Shown one piece after another: positions 1-9,465 of a stretch of 64,000 bases of DNA; positions within the stretch are counted from its first letter, which is position 1; each line of letters starts with the position of its first letter. The stretch covers positions 1-64,000 of the forward strand of contig JAHQWG010000035.1 of NCBI GenBank assembly GCA_029856045.1, written 5' to 3'. The translations under genes and the position numbers were made by a program. The notes below the pieces were generated by a model. That model was not told the DNA's origin. It did not search any database and saw only the letters and a program-made list of their open reading frames with translations. This stretch comes from Promethearchaeia archaeon (lineage in GTDB: Archaea > Asgardarchaeota > Lokiarchaeia > Sigyniarchaeales > SOKP01).

Positions 1-175
1 TGTGGAAGGAGCTGAGACCCAAAATCCCTTAGCAGTGTGGGGGATTCACGTTCATTTTGGTTTAGTCCCAATGATCATTATGTGTTTCTCAGTCCTCATA
101 TTTTGGAAGTTTTATAACCTAACACCTGATAGAGTGAAAGAAATAAAAGATAAATTAATAGAAATTGGACTTTAA
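1..175 (+). CDS. MFS transporter, GPH/MelB-like sugar:cation symporter, 3' end only
   Basis: Manual translation of frame 2 gives VEGAETQNPLAVWGIHVHFGLVPMIIMCFSVLIFWKFYNLTPDRVKEIKDKLIEIGL*, typical of the last TM helix and 'Y-x-L-T' tail of GPH-family MFS proteins. Not in the ORF track. Confidence 0.75.
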   Translation, partial: VEGAETQNPLAVWGIHVHFGLVPMIIMCFSVLIFWKFYNLTPDRVKEIKDKLIEIGL

Positions 176-485
176 ATTAGTGTTTTGAGTCTTTTTAGGA
201 CCAATTTCCTTTTTTTATTTTAATTTATTATACTTAATTTTAATGAAAGAAATATTTAGAGAATATCATAAGCACCTATTATGTTTTGATATACCTGAAT
301 CTTTTTGGTTCGAGTCGAATTGTTATTTCTTACTTATTTCTTGTCAATTAATTCCTATAGAAATTTTAATTGCAATCATTTACATAATAAGATCAAATAG
401 ACCACTTACGTAATCTTCAGGAGCTGAGCAAAGTCAAAAAAGTTTAAATTTTATTTAATCAATCCTATATAAAATAAATAACGAA

Positions 486-2066
486 TTACTCATCTTGGAT
501 ATAATATTTACCTGATTTTAGGCAAATTTCTGCTTTTTTTAACTCTCGTCCTAAATAATTAATATGAAATTTATCAACAGTTAGATTTAACTTTATGATT
601 TTTTTACTTATATCTTCAGCATTCTTGCCAACTATTGTATTTAAAAGATTATGACCATTTGAAATATGAAGCACGTATATTTCATTAGTATATGGGTTTG
701 TATAAATTTTAAAATAACCATTCGAATCAGGTTTATAGTAATCATCTGAATCTTTTATTAGTACTGCTTGATTTCTATTTATTTGTGGCAATTCAACTTT
801 ATTTTTACTTTTTGCACTAAAAATTTGTATTCCTTGATTAATAGGAGGCATTTTTTTATATTTAGATAAATATGCTAGTTTAATTCCCTTCTTCAATTCT
901 ATAACTCCGTTAAATAATTTTGCACTATGTTCAACCGTAAATATTACACCAATATCAAGCTCTGCAGCAATGCATGCTAAAAGCCCATTAATTCCTATAG
1001 AATCAATATCCATTAACTCAACAACGTTAGAAATTCCAAAAAATAAGGGAAATTCTAATTCTTTATATTTATCTTCTTTAACTTTTTTGTTATATAGTGA
1101 ATATGCACTAATGGAGTTTATAAATCCTGGATGAATTGGTGTTTCTAAAAGAGGATCCAAAATGAGTTTTTGAAATCCTTTCTTCTTTAAAATTTCTGTT
1201 AAAGCAAATAAACGTTCAATTCTAACTTCTGGCATCCTTGGCATAATTGCCTTTGTTGTATCAGTTGGAAGAATTACAAAGGGTAGATTTTTAGGTGCAT
1301 CTAAGTGATTCTCATAATTTCCATAATCTAAACTCAATATTAAGTCGATATCTGCATCAATAGCAGCATTAATTTCGGCTGAATTTAGAGTATCTGCACT
1401 TAGTAGAATATTATATTTACTTTTAATGTATTCAATAATTTCTTTTAATCTTGAAGGGTTCGGTTTATTCGATACACATCCGAGATCAATCATATCAGCT
1501 CCTGAAGTAATATAATGTTCTATTTTTCTATCTAATTGCTCAAGACTCTTTTCTGGTGCATTTATTATCTCAGCAATAATTAAAGGGGGTAAATCTCTTC
1601 CGATAATTTTGTCCGGAAATTTTTCATTAATGGTAAAAGTATGAGTAGAAATCGATTTTCGAGCAAATTCTATTCTATTCTTTACTATTTCTTCATATTG
1701 ATCTTCACCGGAAAATTTTAATAAATCACAAGCAGGAATTGTATTAGATAAATTTAAATCTTCTATTTTTTGTAAGATTGAGTGTAAATCTGATAAAAAT
1801 CTCGGACCTTTACGTATGGGAATTGAAAATTTTTTTTCTAAATTACTTGTATCCCATTGAATAAAACCTGGCAAAAGAACAATATCGTATTGATTTAAGT
1901 TCTCTTCTAAAAGAAGTTGGTTTGTTAAATCTTCGGTTAAAAATGCAGATACGGAGATAGGAGCTTTAAGAACATCTATAACACAATTCTCTGTTTCATT
2001 TGCGATTCTTTGTGCAGTTTGAAGGCTTTGTATTCCGGTAATTATTAAAATGTTTATATTAATCAC
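486..2066 (-). CDS. Dihydropteroate synthase-like protein with C-terminal DUF4346-like domain
   Basis: Pterin-binding TIM-barrel motifs (IIAEI, GADMIDLG, LSADT, ILDPLL, FFGISNVVEL); C-terminal 'HINYLGRELKKAEICL...YIQD'. Confidence 0.85.
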   Translation of the reverse strand: MININILIITGIQSLQTAQRIANETENCVIDVLKAPISVSAFLTEDLTNQLLLEENLNQYDIVLLPGFIQWDTSNLEKKFSIPIRKGPRFLSDLHSILQKIEDLNLSNTIPACDLLKFSGEDQYEEIVKNRIEFARKSISTHTFTINEKFPDKIIGRDLPPLIIAEIINAPEKSLEQLDRKIEHYITSGADMIDLGCVSNKPNPSRLKEIIEYIKSKYNILLSADTLNSAEINAAIDADIDLILSLDYGNYENHLDAPKNLPFVILPTDTTKAIMPRMPEVRIERLFALTEILKKKGFQKLILDPLLETPIHPGFINSISAYSLYNKKVKEDKYKELEFPLFFGISNVVELMDIDSIGINGLLACIAAELDIGVIFTVEHSAKLFNGVIELKKGIKLAYLSKYKKMPPINQGIQIFSAKSKNKVELPQINRNQAVLIKDSDDYYKPDSNGYFKIYTNPYTNEIYVLHISNGHNLLNTIVGKNAEDISKKIIKLNLTVDKFHINYLGRELKKAEICLKSGKYYIQDE

Positions 2067-2073
2067 TTTCTAT

Positions 2074-2625
2074 TTATGCTAGAATTATTCTTTTTATTTC
2101 ATTCAAATCAGAAAAAAGTGTAATTCCACCCATCTTTTTTAATCTTTTAATGTTTTCTAACTCGACTTCTCGAATCTTTAATATAAGTTTTTCTCCACTT
2201 GGTCTATTTGTCTCAATTGGTTTATCTTCTTGATCAGATGGATTTAAATAAACTGGAACACCACCTTTAATTGTTTGTGCAACGCAATTCGTTATAAGCG
2301 TGTCAGCTATACCATAAGCAATCTTTGCTGCTGAATTAGCACTTAAAGGGCACACAATTAACATTTTATATTTACCGGTCTGTAGAGGTCCCGCAAGAAA
2401 TGGGTTATTTGGAGTTTTCTCAACTTGAACTTTTTGAATGGTTTCTTTTAAATATAACCATTGGCGATACCACTTTACAACCACCACTCCTTGAGAAGAG
2501 AGTATTACTGTAAAATCTATTGAATATTTTTCTTGTAGTTCCTTCATTAGATCAATTGATTCTTTAATTAAATAGCCTGAACCAGTTATTCCCCATACAA
2601 TTTTTATTTTTTTCTTGTTATCCAT
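2074..2625 (-). CDS. Archaeal flavoprotein, AfpA/dihydromethanopterin reductase-like
   Basis: WGITGSG and PLSANSAAKIAYGIADTLITN, HFCD flavoprotein motifs; no ferredoxin insert. Confidence 0.85.
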   Translation of the reverse strand: MDNKKKIKIVWGITGSGYLIKESIDLMKELQEKYSIDFTVILSSQGVVVVKWYRQWLYLKETIQKVQVEKTPNNPFLAGPLQTGKYKMLIVCPLSANSAAKIAYGIADTLITNCVAQTIKGGVPVYLNPSDQEDKPIETNRPSGEKLILKIREVELENIKRLKKMGGITLFSDLNEIKRIILA

Positions 2626-2630
2626 AGTTT

Positions 2631-3701
2631 TTATGCCTTTCTTTCATATGGTATATAGATATGATCCAAAACAGAGCCTGATGAATCTTTTAATTTTAAA
2701 TTATCAATTATTGGTTTAAATTTGCCGCCAAGAAGACCATCCGCAATAAATGCTGCACCTTGAGCTGAACGCTTAGCAATCTGACTATAGGTTTTCATTT
2801 CTCTTACATTTGCAATCTTGTGCAGAGTATTTTTAAGATCATCTTTAATAACCTCTAAATCAATCCCTCTTCCCGCTAATAAGATATCTTTAATCTTATT
2901 CTTTTCAGAGAAGGCAGAAGTTATTGCAAAGGTTGCTTTTTTAATACTATCCATAAATGCTTTTATCGCTAATTTGGATTGTGCATCCTTTTTAGCTAAC
3001 TGAACAACTTCTTGAAGACTTAAATTCGCATAGCCAGCAATTGAAGCTACACCGCCTTGATAATAATGTTTTTTTTTGATTTCCCCAATTAAGTAAGCTA
3101 ATTCTCCATCGACACTTCCACAAGCATGTATTCCCATGATATTTGAACCACCAATGCCATCAATAATTTGTCCATTTTCAATAGCTAAAACAGCTGTAAA
3201 ACCAAATCCGATTTCAATAAGAATAAAATTTGTTTTTTCTGCTGTGATATTATAACTCTCAATTTGATCACGAATACCAACAACAGCCGTGCAAACTTTA
3301 TCAGCCGTTCCCAGATCTATTTTATTGACTTTTTTATATGTTGGTACTGTTGGTAAATGTTTGACGCTTGGCACAATTACACTTGGATAATTTTGAACTT
3401 TAATTCTTCTTAAAATTTCTCCTAATCCTACTATTTTTTTTTCTTTATCTCGTTTAAACTTTAATAAAATCTGAAACATATCATCTTCTGTTAAATCTTG
3501 AACCTTTTTTAAGGGTAGACCAAATCCACTTGGAGCCACCATTAAATCGAAAGGTTTCACACCATCTATTACTTCAAAAAATTTATCTGGGTCTTCCATT
3601 AAATTGCTTGTCAAAATTGAAGTATCTAGAAAGACTGAATTGTTATCCAAACCAAAGAAGTCCCAGCTCTTTGACCCAGGGTCAATTCCAATTACTCTCA
3701 A
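2631..3701 (-). CDS. DUF1464 family ASKHA-fold kinase-like protein
   Basis: GIDPGSKSWD, APSGFGLP, NKIDLGTADK, GQIIDGIGG; TTG start. Confidence 0.85.
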   Translation of the reverse strand: MRVIGIDPGSKSWDFFGLDNNSVFLDTSILTSNLMEDPDKFFEVIDGVKPFDLMVAPSGFGLPLKKVQDLTEDDMFQILLKFKRDKEKKIVGLGEILRRIKVQNYPSVIVPSVKHLPTVPTYKKVNKIDLGTADKVCTAVVGIRDQIESYNITAEKTNFILIEIGFGFTAVLAIENGQIIDGIGGSNIMGIHACGSVDGELAYLIGEIKKKHYYQGGVASIAGYANLSLQEVVQLAKKDAQSKLAIKAFMDSIKKATFAITSAFSEKNKIKDILLAGRGIDLEVIKDDLKNTLHKIANVREMKTYSQIAKRSAQGAAFIADGLLGGKFKPIIDNLKLKDSSGSVLDHIYIPYERKA

Positions 3702-3809
3702 GATTCTAGATCATAAAAGAATTTAAACTAGATAATTATAATTTTTATAAATATAAAGTATTATGTCTTTTTCTAATTAAAGAATCACTTTAATAAAGAG
3801 AAAAAAATT

Positions 3810-4007
3810 TTATTCTTTGAAGTAGCCTAGTAACTCAAGGTTTTTGTATTCGTGTTGAAGAAAATTTCTAATAGCAAGCCTTACGCCTTCTGATCTACTT
3901 GGTATCATTCCAAGTTTTTGAAGCTTTAAAAGATTTTTATCATAAATATCGGGTATATTAATAGTTATGTTGCGCATGTGTCTTTTCTTTTCCTTTTTAT
4001 CATCCAT
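3810..4007 (-). CDS. Ribbon-helix-helix (CopG/Arc/MetJ) regulator
   Basis: 'NITINIP...LQKLGMIPSRSEGVRLAIRNFL' RHH pattern. Confidence 0.8.
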   Translation of the reverse strand: MDDKKEKKRHMRNITINIPDIYDKNLLKLQKLGMIPSRSEGVRLAIRNFLQHEYKNLELLGYFKE

Positions 4008-4314
4008 TTTTTATGAGACCTAAGTATTTCGTATTTGTTCAATTAATCATTTATATTTAATAATATTAATTTATACAATTAAATATTAAATTAAATCCTC
4101 GATTAAATGCAATTGACCCTTAAATATATTATATTTGAATTAATCCTTGTATAAATTCTATGATGGATTAATAATGATATATAAAACAAACTTATATTTA
4201 AAGCTATTCTCAATTTAGAAAGGAAATAATAGATTTTCGCTTTAAACATAATTATTTCATGATTTTAAAAATATTGTGTGCCAAAAATGAGTAATCCATC
4301 TATTTCCTTTAAGT

Positions 4315-5001
4315 TTAGTTTTTTCGTTTGTTTTTTTCAATATATCTCCCCCGAGATTCGATAGTTTCAATTCGATCAATAATTTCATCTGATTTACTTC
4401 CATATTCTAATTTATAGCTATTTATTAAACTTTCAAAACATTCTTCGAAGTATTGCCCGTGTGTGCTTCGTAAAACCCTTTTAATTAAATGTAAATCCAC
4501 GCTTTTATCTTCAATTTTTATCGATTTCGTCGAAAGTCCAAAATCAACAAAAAAAATTTTTTCATTTCTGGTAATAATTATATTAGATGTTGTTAGATCA
4601 CCATGGATAAAATCATTTTTATGCATAAATGCAATATATTTCCCAATTTGTTCAAAATACCATTTTCTCTTAGATTTATCGATTTTTCCTATAAGATCTT
4701 TAAGTTTTTGACCTTTAATATACTTCATAATAAGCCAATTATTATTAAGATCCACTTCAAATACTTGGGGGACCGGAACATTACATTTCTTTACAGAAAT
4801 AAGCATTTTTCCCTCTATAATTGTTCGGGTTCGCCTTAATTTTTTATCTAAATCTTCTATCCGATACTTTTTAGGTCTACGATGTTTCACCAAAACCTCC
4901 TTATCAAACCATTTACCTTTATAAAGTGTCGCTTCCGCACCTGTATATATAATTCGATCAAGATCGATTACTGGATTATTATTCATATTTAACTCCTCCA
5001 A
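4315..5001 (-). CDS. bud32: KEOPS kinase Bud32
   Basis: GAEA, KHRRPKKYR, HGDLTTSN, DFGL; overlaps kae1. Confidence 0.95.
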   Translation of the reverse strand: MEELNMNNNPVIDLDRIIYTGAEATLYKGKWFDKEVLVKHRRPKKYRIEDLDKKLRRTRTIIEGKMLISVKKCNVPVPQVFEVDLNNNWLIMKYIKGQKLKDLIGKIDKSKRKWYFEQIGKYIAFMHKNDFIHGDLTTSNIIITRNEKIFFVDFGLSTKSIKIEDKSVDLHLIKRVLRSTHGQYFEECFESLINSYKLEYGSKSDEIIDRIETIESRGRYIEKNKRKN

Positions 5002-6005
5002 GGTATTTCTACATTATCCATTCTCCATTTAGGATTGATTGTGGTATCTTTGATATTATCAGCTCCAACCTCTTTATATTTTAGTATCCCAGTCCAACCA
5101 ATCATAGCACCATTATCTCCCGCATATTTCAGGGGTACAACACTATATTTTGCATTGTGCTCATGGCTTATATACGCAATCATTTCTTGTAATCTCTTAT
5201 TTGCTGCAACCCCACCGGTCAATAAGACCTCGGTTTTATTAGTATGCGCTAATGCTCTTTCAGTTACCTCCGTAAGCATTGCAAAGGCAGTTTCTTGTAA
5301 GGAGTATGCAATATCACCTAAATTATATCTCCTATTGTAATCCTTGGATTTTAACAGATTTTTTACAGCTGTATATAATCCTGAAAAAGATAAATCCATA
5401 CCTTTTACAATATATGGTAATGGAATATATTTCTTAGACTTTTGTGCAAGTTTCTCAATCTTAGGACCACCTGGATGTTGTAATCCTGCATCTCGGGCAA
5501 ATGCATCAATAAAATTCCCCACAGCAATATCTAATGTTTCCCCAAATATTTGATAACTCTCTGATTCAAATGCACTAATAATAGTATTCCCCCCAGATAC
5601 GTATAACGTTAATGGATCTTTTAACCCGCATTTTAGCCTTCCGATTTCTATATGCCCAATACAATGATTTACCCCAATTAGAGGGATTTTTAGCTCTTGA
5701 CTCAGAAATCGAACGATAAGAGCACCTACTCTCAAAACAGGACCAAGACCGGGTCCTTGACTAAAAGCAATTAAATCAATATCCTTCATTGAAAGATTTG
5801 CTTGTTTTATCGCTATTGTTATGGTTTTATCAAAACATTCAAGATGATGTTCTCTGACCTCTCGAGGATGCAAACCACCAGTTTCTGGAATATATGTATC
5901 ATTTACAATACTAAGCACATTTCCATCAAAGTCTAAAATACTAACACCGAAGGTATGGGCTGTACATTCAATGCCTAAACAAATTTTCCTTTTTAATTTC
6001 ACCAA
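4989..6005 (-). CDS. kae1: tRNA N6-threonylcarbamoyltransferase Kae1
   Basis: GIECTAHT, SQGPGLGP, VNHCIGHIE, YVSGGNT, GGVAAN, DNGAMI. Confidence 0.97.
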   Translation of the reverse strand: MVKLKRKICLGIECTAHTFGVSILDFDGNVLSIVNDTYIPETGGLHPREVREHHLECFDKTITIAIKQANLSMKDIDLIAFSQGPGLGPVLRVGALIVRFLSQELKIPLIGVNHCIGHIEIGRLKCGLKDPLTLYVSGGNTIISAFESESYQIFGETLDIAVGNFIDAFARDAGLQHPGGPKIEKLAQKSKKYIPLPYIVKGMDLSFSGLYTAVKNLLKSKDYNRRYNLGDIAYSLQETAFAMLTEVTERALAHTNKTEVLLTGGVAANKRLQEMIAYISHEHNAKYSVVPLKYAGDNGAMIGWTGILKYKEVGADNIKDTTINPKWRMDNVEIPWRS

Positions 6006-6042
6006 AAAATCACAAAAAAAGTAAAAACAAAATCAAAAAAAT

Positions 6043-6261
6043 TTACACTGCTTTCTTTCTTTGCCGTGGAGCACGCCTTCCTCCTCTTGCAGGAAGAATT
6101 GCAACACCTTTCTTCCCCTTCCTTTTAAATACGGTATAGCCACACTTACCACAAGAGAACCTGTCATAATGATTGGCCAGGAAATAGCCAGGACCACATT
6201 TAGGGCAAGATCGATGATTTCTTTTTAATTGATCGCCCTCAATTTCATAAAATTTTGACAC
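6043..6261 (-). CDS. rps27ae: Ribosomal protein eS31 (S27ae)
   Basis: [23 protein letters not shown] zinc finger; follows eS24. Confidence 0.95.
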   Translation of the reverse strand: MSKFYEIEGDQLKRNHRSCPKCGPGYFLANHYDRFSCGKCGYTVFKRKGKKGVAILPARGGRRAPRQRKKAV

Positions 6262-6291
6262 AATTTCTCACAATCATTTCAAATATATAAT

Positions 6292-6666
6292 TTACTTTTT
6301 TTTATTTGCTTTTGTTGAATTAAAAAGATTTTTGTATGGCTCACCTTTTCTTTTTGCAGAATAAATTGGTTCTCTTTTCTCTTTTTCAATATTTCTAACC
6401 CTAATATGAAATGGCTCAAAAAATCTTAAAGTCTCTTTATCCTCATAAATATGAGCAAGCCCTGATACTGAAGACGTCCCAAAATGAGTTTTAATATTTC
6501 TAATAATCGTTAAATTTTCATCTACTGTCTTTTGAGCAGCGATCTCCTTTTTGAAATCCATACGATTTGGAGTCCCTTTTCCTTTAGTATCTAATTTGAA
6601 TTTTAATTCAAGTCGATTGACGAGCTCGTTTTTCTTTTCTTCAATTATTTCAATACCGAGAACCAT
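6292..6666 (-). CDS. rps24e: Ribosomal protein eS24
   Basis: KNELVNRLEL, GTPNR, IKTHFG, GLAHIY; conserved operon position. Confidence 0.92.
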   Translation of the reverse strand: MVLGIEIIEEKKNELVNRLELKFKLDTKGKGTPNRMDFKKEIAAQKTVDENLTIIRNIKTHFGTSSVSGLAHIYEDKETLRFFEPFHIRVRNIEKEKREPIYSAKRKGEPYKNLFNSTKANKKK

Positions 6667-6735
6667 ATCTAAAATCTAAATCTTTTTATCTACTCTATTA
6701 ATATTAGTTAAAATAAAGTATAAAATAAAACATTT

Positions 6736-6993
6736 TTGGTCACAATGAAATATAATTATAAAAAAAATCTAAAGAAGTTGATAATTTTTATCATTTGTGA
6801 GATTATTGTCTTTTTATTACTTTTTATCTTTTTCTTGAATATTAAAAATATACTAACTGGAGGATGGATGCTTCTATTTATCCTGGGTATCGTGATTCCT
6901 TATTTAATTGGAATTGAAATAACCATAAGAAATATATTTCGCATATACAGATGGAAGAAACAAAAATCAGAGTCTTTAATTCGGGAAGAATAA
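6736..6993 (+). CDS. Small two-TM membrane protein (hypothetical)
   Basis: Two hydrophobic stretches; lies antisense within the operon and fills the gap between genes. Confidence 0.5.
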   Translation: MVTMKYNYKKNLKKLIIFIICEIIVFLLLFIFFLNIKNILTGGWMLLFILGIVIPYLIGIEITIRNIFRIYRWKKQKSESLIREE

Positions 6994-7001
6994 TTCATTA
7001 C

Positions 7002-7595
7002 CTAATATTTTTCCATTAGCTTAATAAGTCTAGATACCATTTTCTTAATTTGCGTAGTCACCTCAATACAAACCAGACCTTCAGGAATAGGTTTTTCGGA
7101 ATCTGTAACAGGAGGTTGTCCATAAAAAACATAGGATTTAATACCTTCTAAAAGCGAAAATCCGGAAATTAATGGGATTACTAATAAATCCTCTTCTCCT
7201 TCAACAATTTTTACTAATACTCTTCTATTATTTTCGATTAACTGCTTTAATTTTGACCACATATCCTTAGATATCGTCCCCGTGGGATTTTCTAATTCAA
7301 TAATCTGCTCAAAAAATTCCGTGAAAGGAGTATCAATCTTTTGTCTTTTTGTCTTTTCATCAATAATACAAATTTTTATCATTTCCCTCAAATAAACATT
7401 TTCTAAAAAATCTTTAGTAACAATATCCCCCACGCAATAAACTCTATAATCTACACCCTTATTTATTTTTCTTTCTTTCTTAAAAAAAGAAATAACCTCT
7501 CCAATAGTATCTTCCCTTTTACCTGAGAATAATTTGCCTAATGGTTGTGTGAATTTTTTTCTTTGAGTTATAGGGAGCCGAAGATCTTTCATCAT
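7002..7595 (-). CDS. GTP-dependent dephospho-CoA kinase (DUF359)
   Basis: VGDIVT, IIDEKTKR, NPTGTI, VEGEEDL, YGQP. Confidence 0.9.
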   Translation of the reverse strand: MMKDLRLPITQRKKFTQPLGKLFSGKREDTIGEVISFFKKERKINKGVDYRVYCVGDIVTKDFLENVYLREMIKICIIDEKTKRQKIDTPFTEFFEQIIELENPTGTISKDMWSKLKQLIENNRRVLVKIVEGEEDLLVIPLISGFSLLEGIKSYVFYGQPPVTDSEKPIPEGLVCIEVTTQIKKMVSRLIKLMEKY

Positions 7596-7715
7596 TATAA
7601 ATATGACTTTAATTAAAAATAAATCTTTAAGAAAAATAAGGCATGAGAAACCAAATCTGTAAAGTCTTCAGAAGTTTACCAAAAAGTGGAATTGAGTGCA
7701 GAAGTAGCACAATCC

Positions 7716-7913
7716 TTATCTCACGCGAAGGGCATACTTTCCCTTTATATTAATATTCATGTACCTTGCAATTTTTGAATTAGGAGGATCTAAAATGATT
7801 ACTTCACCCGAAAAATCATCACTAAGTGTGTGAGTTTTACATTTTGGGCACATTGATTTATCTTTTTTGGTAATTAAATGGCAATTTTTACATGCCTTTT
7901 CATCAGATGCCAT
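7716..7913 (-). CDS. spt4: Transcription elongation factor Spt4 (RpoE'')
   Basis: ACKNCH...CPKC, SGEVIILDP, GKYALRV. Confidence 0.95.
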   Translation of the reverse strand: MASDEKACKNCHLITKKDKSMCPKCKTHTLSDDFSGEVIILDPPNSKIARYMNINIKGKYALRVR

Positions 7914-7963
7914 TCTTCAGCAATCACCTTTATTTTTAATATATTTAATATAAATTTATCAAT

Positions 7964-8590
7964 CTATTTCTTTTTTTTCTTTTTGGATGCTGTTTTCTTC
8001 TCCGTCTCCTCCGCCTCTCCTTCGGAAGTTACCTCTTCTTCTTTATAATATTCCTCAAGATCTCGCTCAATCCAATCTTTTTTACCCAAAAATGGTTGTC
8101 TCATTGTCAAACCTAATTTAGCAGTGCGACCGCCCCCCAAGCTAACAGCTATTATACGTGCGCGAACTGTATCATTTACCTCTAAGATCTTTCCGGTCTC
8201 TTTCCCTAAAAATCTATACGCACTTTCTTCATATACAATATAATCATCACATATCTGGCTTACATGCACAAGCGCATCTAAAGGACCAAGTCGAATAAAT
8301 GCACCAAAATCCACAATCTCAACGCAATCACCTTGCACGATCTCCGAGATTGTAGGTTTAAATGCTAAAATTCTAAAAATTACCTTATGAAATGTATTAG
8401 CTGAACTAGGGATTACTATACCTAACCCAACGTCTAATACATCAATAACTGCAATGATAAAACCAAATTCTTTGGTAACCGTACCTTCATAATCATCGCT
8501 GAGTATGATTCTAGCTGAAGTCTTTTTATCTTGCGAGTAAAGAAATGGAGGAATTTCAAGCGTCGATTCAAGAGTTATAAGCTTAAACAT
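7964..8590 (-). CDS. rpoE: RNA polymerase subunit Rpo7 (RpoE')
   Basis: IPP, FGAFIRLGPLDALVHVSQI (S1 domain), GLTMRQPFLGK. Confidence 0.96.
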   Translation of the reverse strand: MFKLITLESTLEIPPFLYSQDKKTSARIILSDDYEGTVTKEFGFIIAVIDVLDVGLGIVIPSSANTFHKVIFRILAFKPTISEIVQGDCVEIVDFGAFIRLGPLDALVHVSQICDDYIVYEESAYRFLGKETGKILEVNDTVRARIIAVSLGGGRTAKLGLTMRQPFLGKKDWIERDLEEYYKEEEVTSEGEAEETEKKTASKKKKKK

Positions 8591-8765
8591 GTTTTTATTT
8601 TCTCTTAATTTATAAGCTTAAAGCACAATAAAATAAATATTTTATTATATTAGAGAAATCATACATACAAAATAATCATTTTACAAAATAATTACTTATA
8701 AGATTGCAATGTAAAACTTAATCCACACACCCACTGAAACACATCTAAATTTTGTTATTAGTTTA

Positions 8766-8880
8766 ATAACAAAAAAATATATTTTTAAAATAATAAAATA
8801 ATAATATATTTAAAGAATACTCATTAATACTCTTAATTTCTAGATTTATAACAAAAAAATATATTTTTAAAATAATAAAA
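8766..8880. repeat. Exact 33-bp direct repeat (8766-8798 and 8848-8880) in a divergent promoter region
   Basis: ATAACAAAAAAATATATTTTTAAAATAATAAAA occurs twice with an 82-bp period. Confidence 0.85.
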
Positions 8881-8894
8881 CAATATCTGGAAAA

Positions 8895-9260
8895 ATGGAC
8901 AGTATCGAAACATTAGACTCTATTCTGAGACAATTGCTTTCATCAATTCCTGAGATTAAAGCTGCAGCCATCGTTAGTGCGGAAGGACTTCCAATCGCTT
9001 CGGCTTTAGAGGCGGGAATTGATGAAACAAGAATCGCTGCAATGACTGCTGCAATAATTTCACTTGGCGAACGTGCCGCAATGGAGTTAAACAAGGGTAT
9101 ATTGGAACATATCCTTGTGAGGGGGACAAATGGCATATTATTAGTTATGTACTGTGGGGAGAACGCCGTTCTAACTGTCTCAACAACCATAGATGTGAAA
9201 CTCGGATTAATAATGCTAGATTGCAAACGATCTGCTGCGAAGATTGCTCAATTAATTTAA
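8895..9260 (+). CDS. Roadblock/LC7 (MglB/LAMTOR-like) protein
   Basis: AAAIVSAEGLPIAS, DETRIAAMTAA, LGERAAMEL, VKLGLI. Confidence 0.93.
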   Translation: MDSIETLDSILRQLLSSIPEIKAAAIVSAEGLPIASALEAGIDETRIAAMTAAIISLGERAAMELNKGILEHILVRGTNGILLVMYCGENAVLTVSTTIDVKLGLIMLDCKRSAAKIAQLI

Positions 9261-9465
9261 AAATTTAGAAGTTACATGTAAAATTTAATTGTTATAGGAA
9301 CTAATTTTCTTTTCTTTGTATTATTTATGGTAAGCCGATTTTTGGGTTTTAAATAATTTACTCCAAGCAATATAATAATGGACAGAAAAGTTAGATTTTA
9401 GAGAAAACAAATAAAAATCAAAAGTTTTATTATGTGCTTATAGAAAGAAATAAATTTAAAGTATT

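Noticed and set aside
305-320. GGTTCGAGTC, resembling a tRNA T-loop
   Set aside because: No flanking T-stem, acceptor stem or cloverleaf; AT-rich context.
8766-8880. Direct repeat as a mini-CRISPR
   Set aside because: Only two extremely AT-rich copies, no CRISPR-like terminal motif and no cas genes.
8867-9226. 119-aa minus-strand ORF
   Set aside because: Antisense to the clear roadblock gene.
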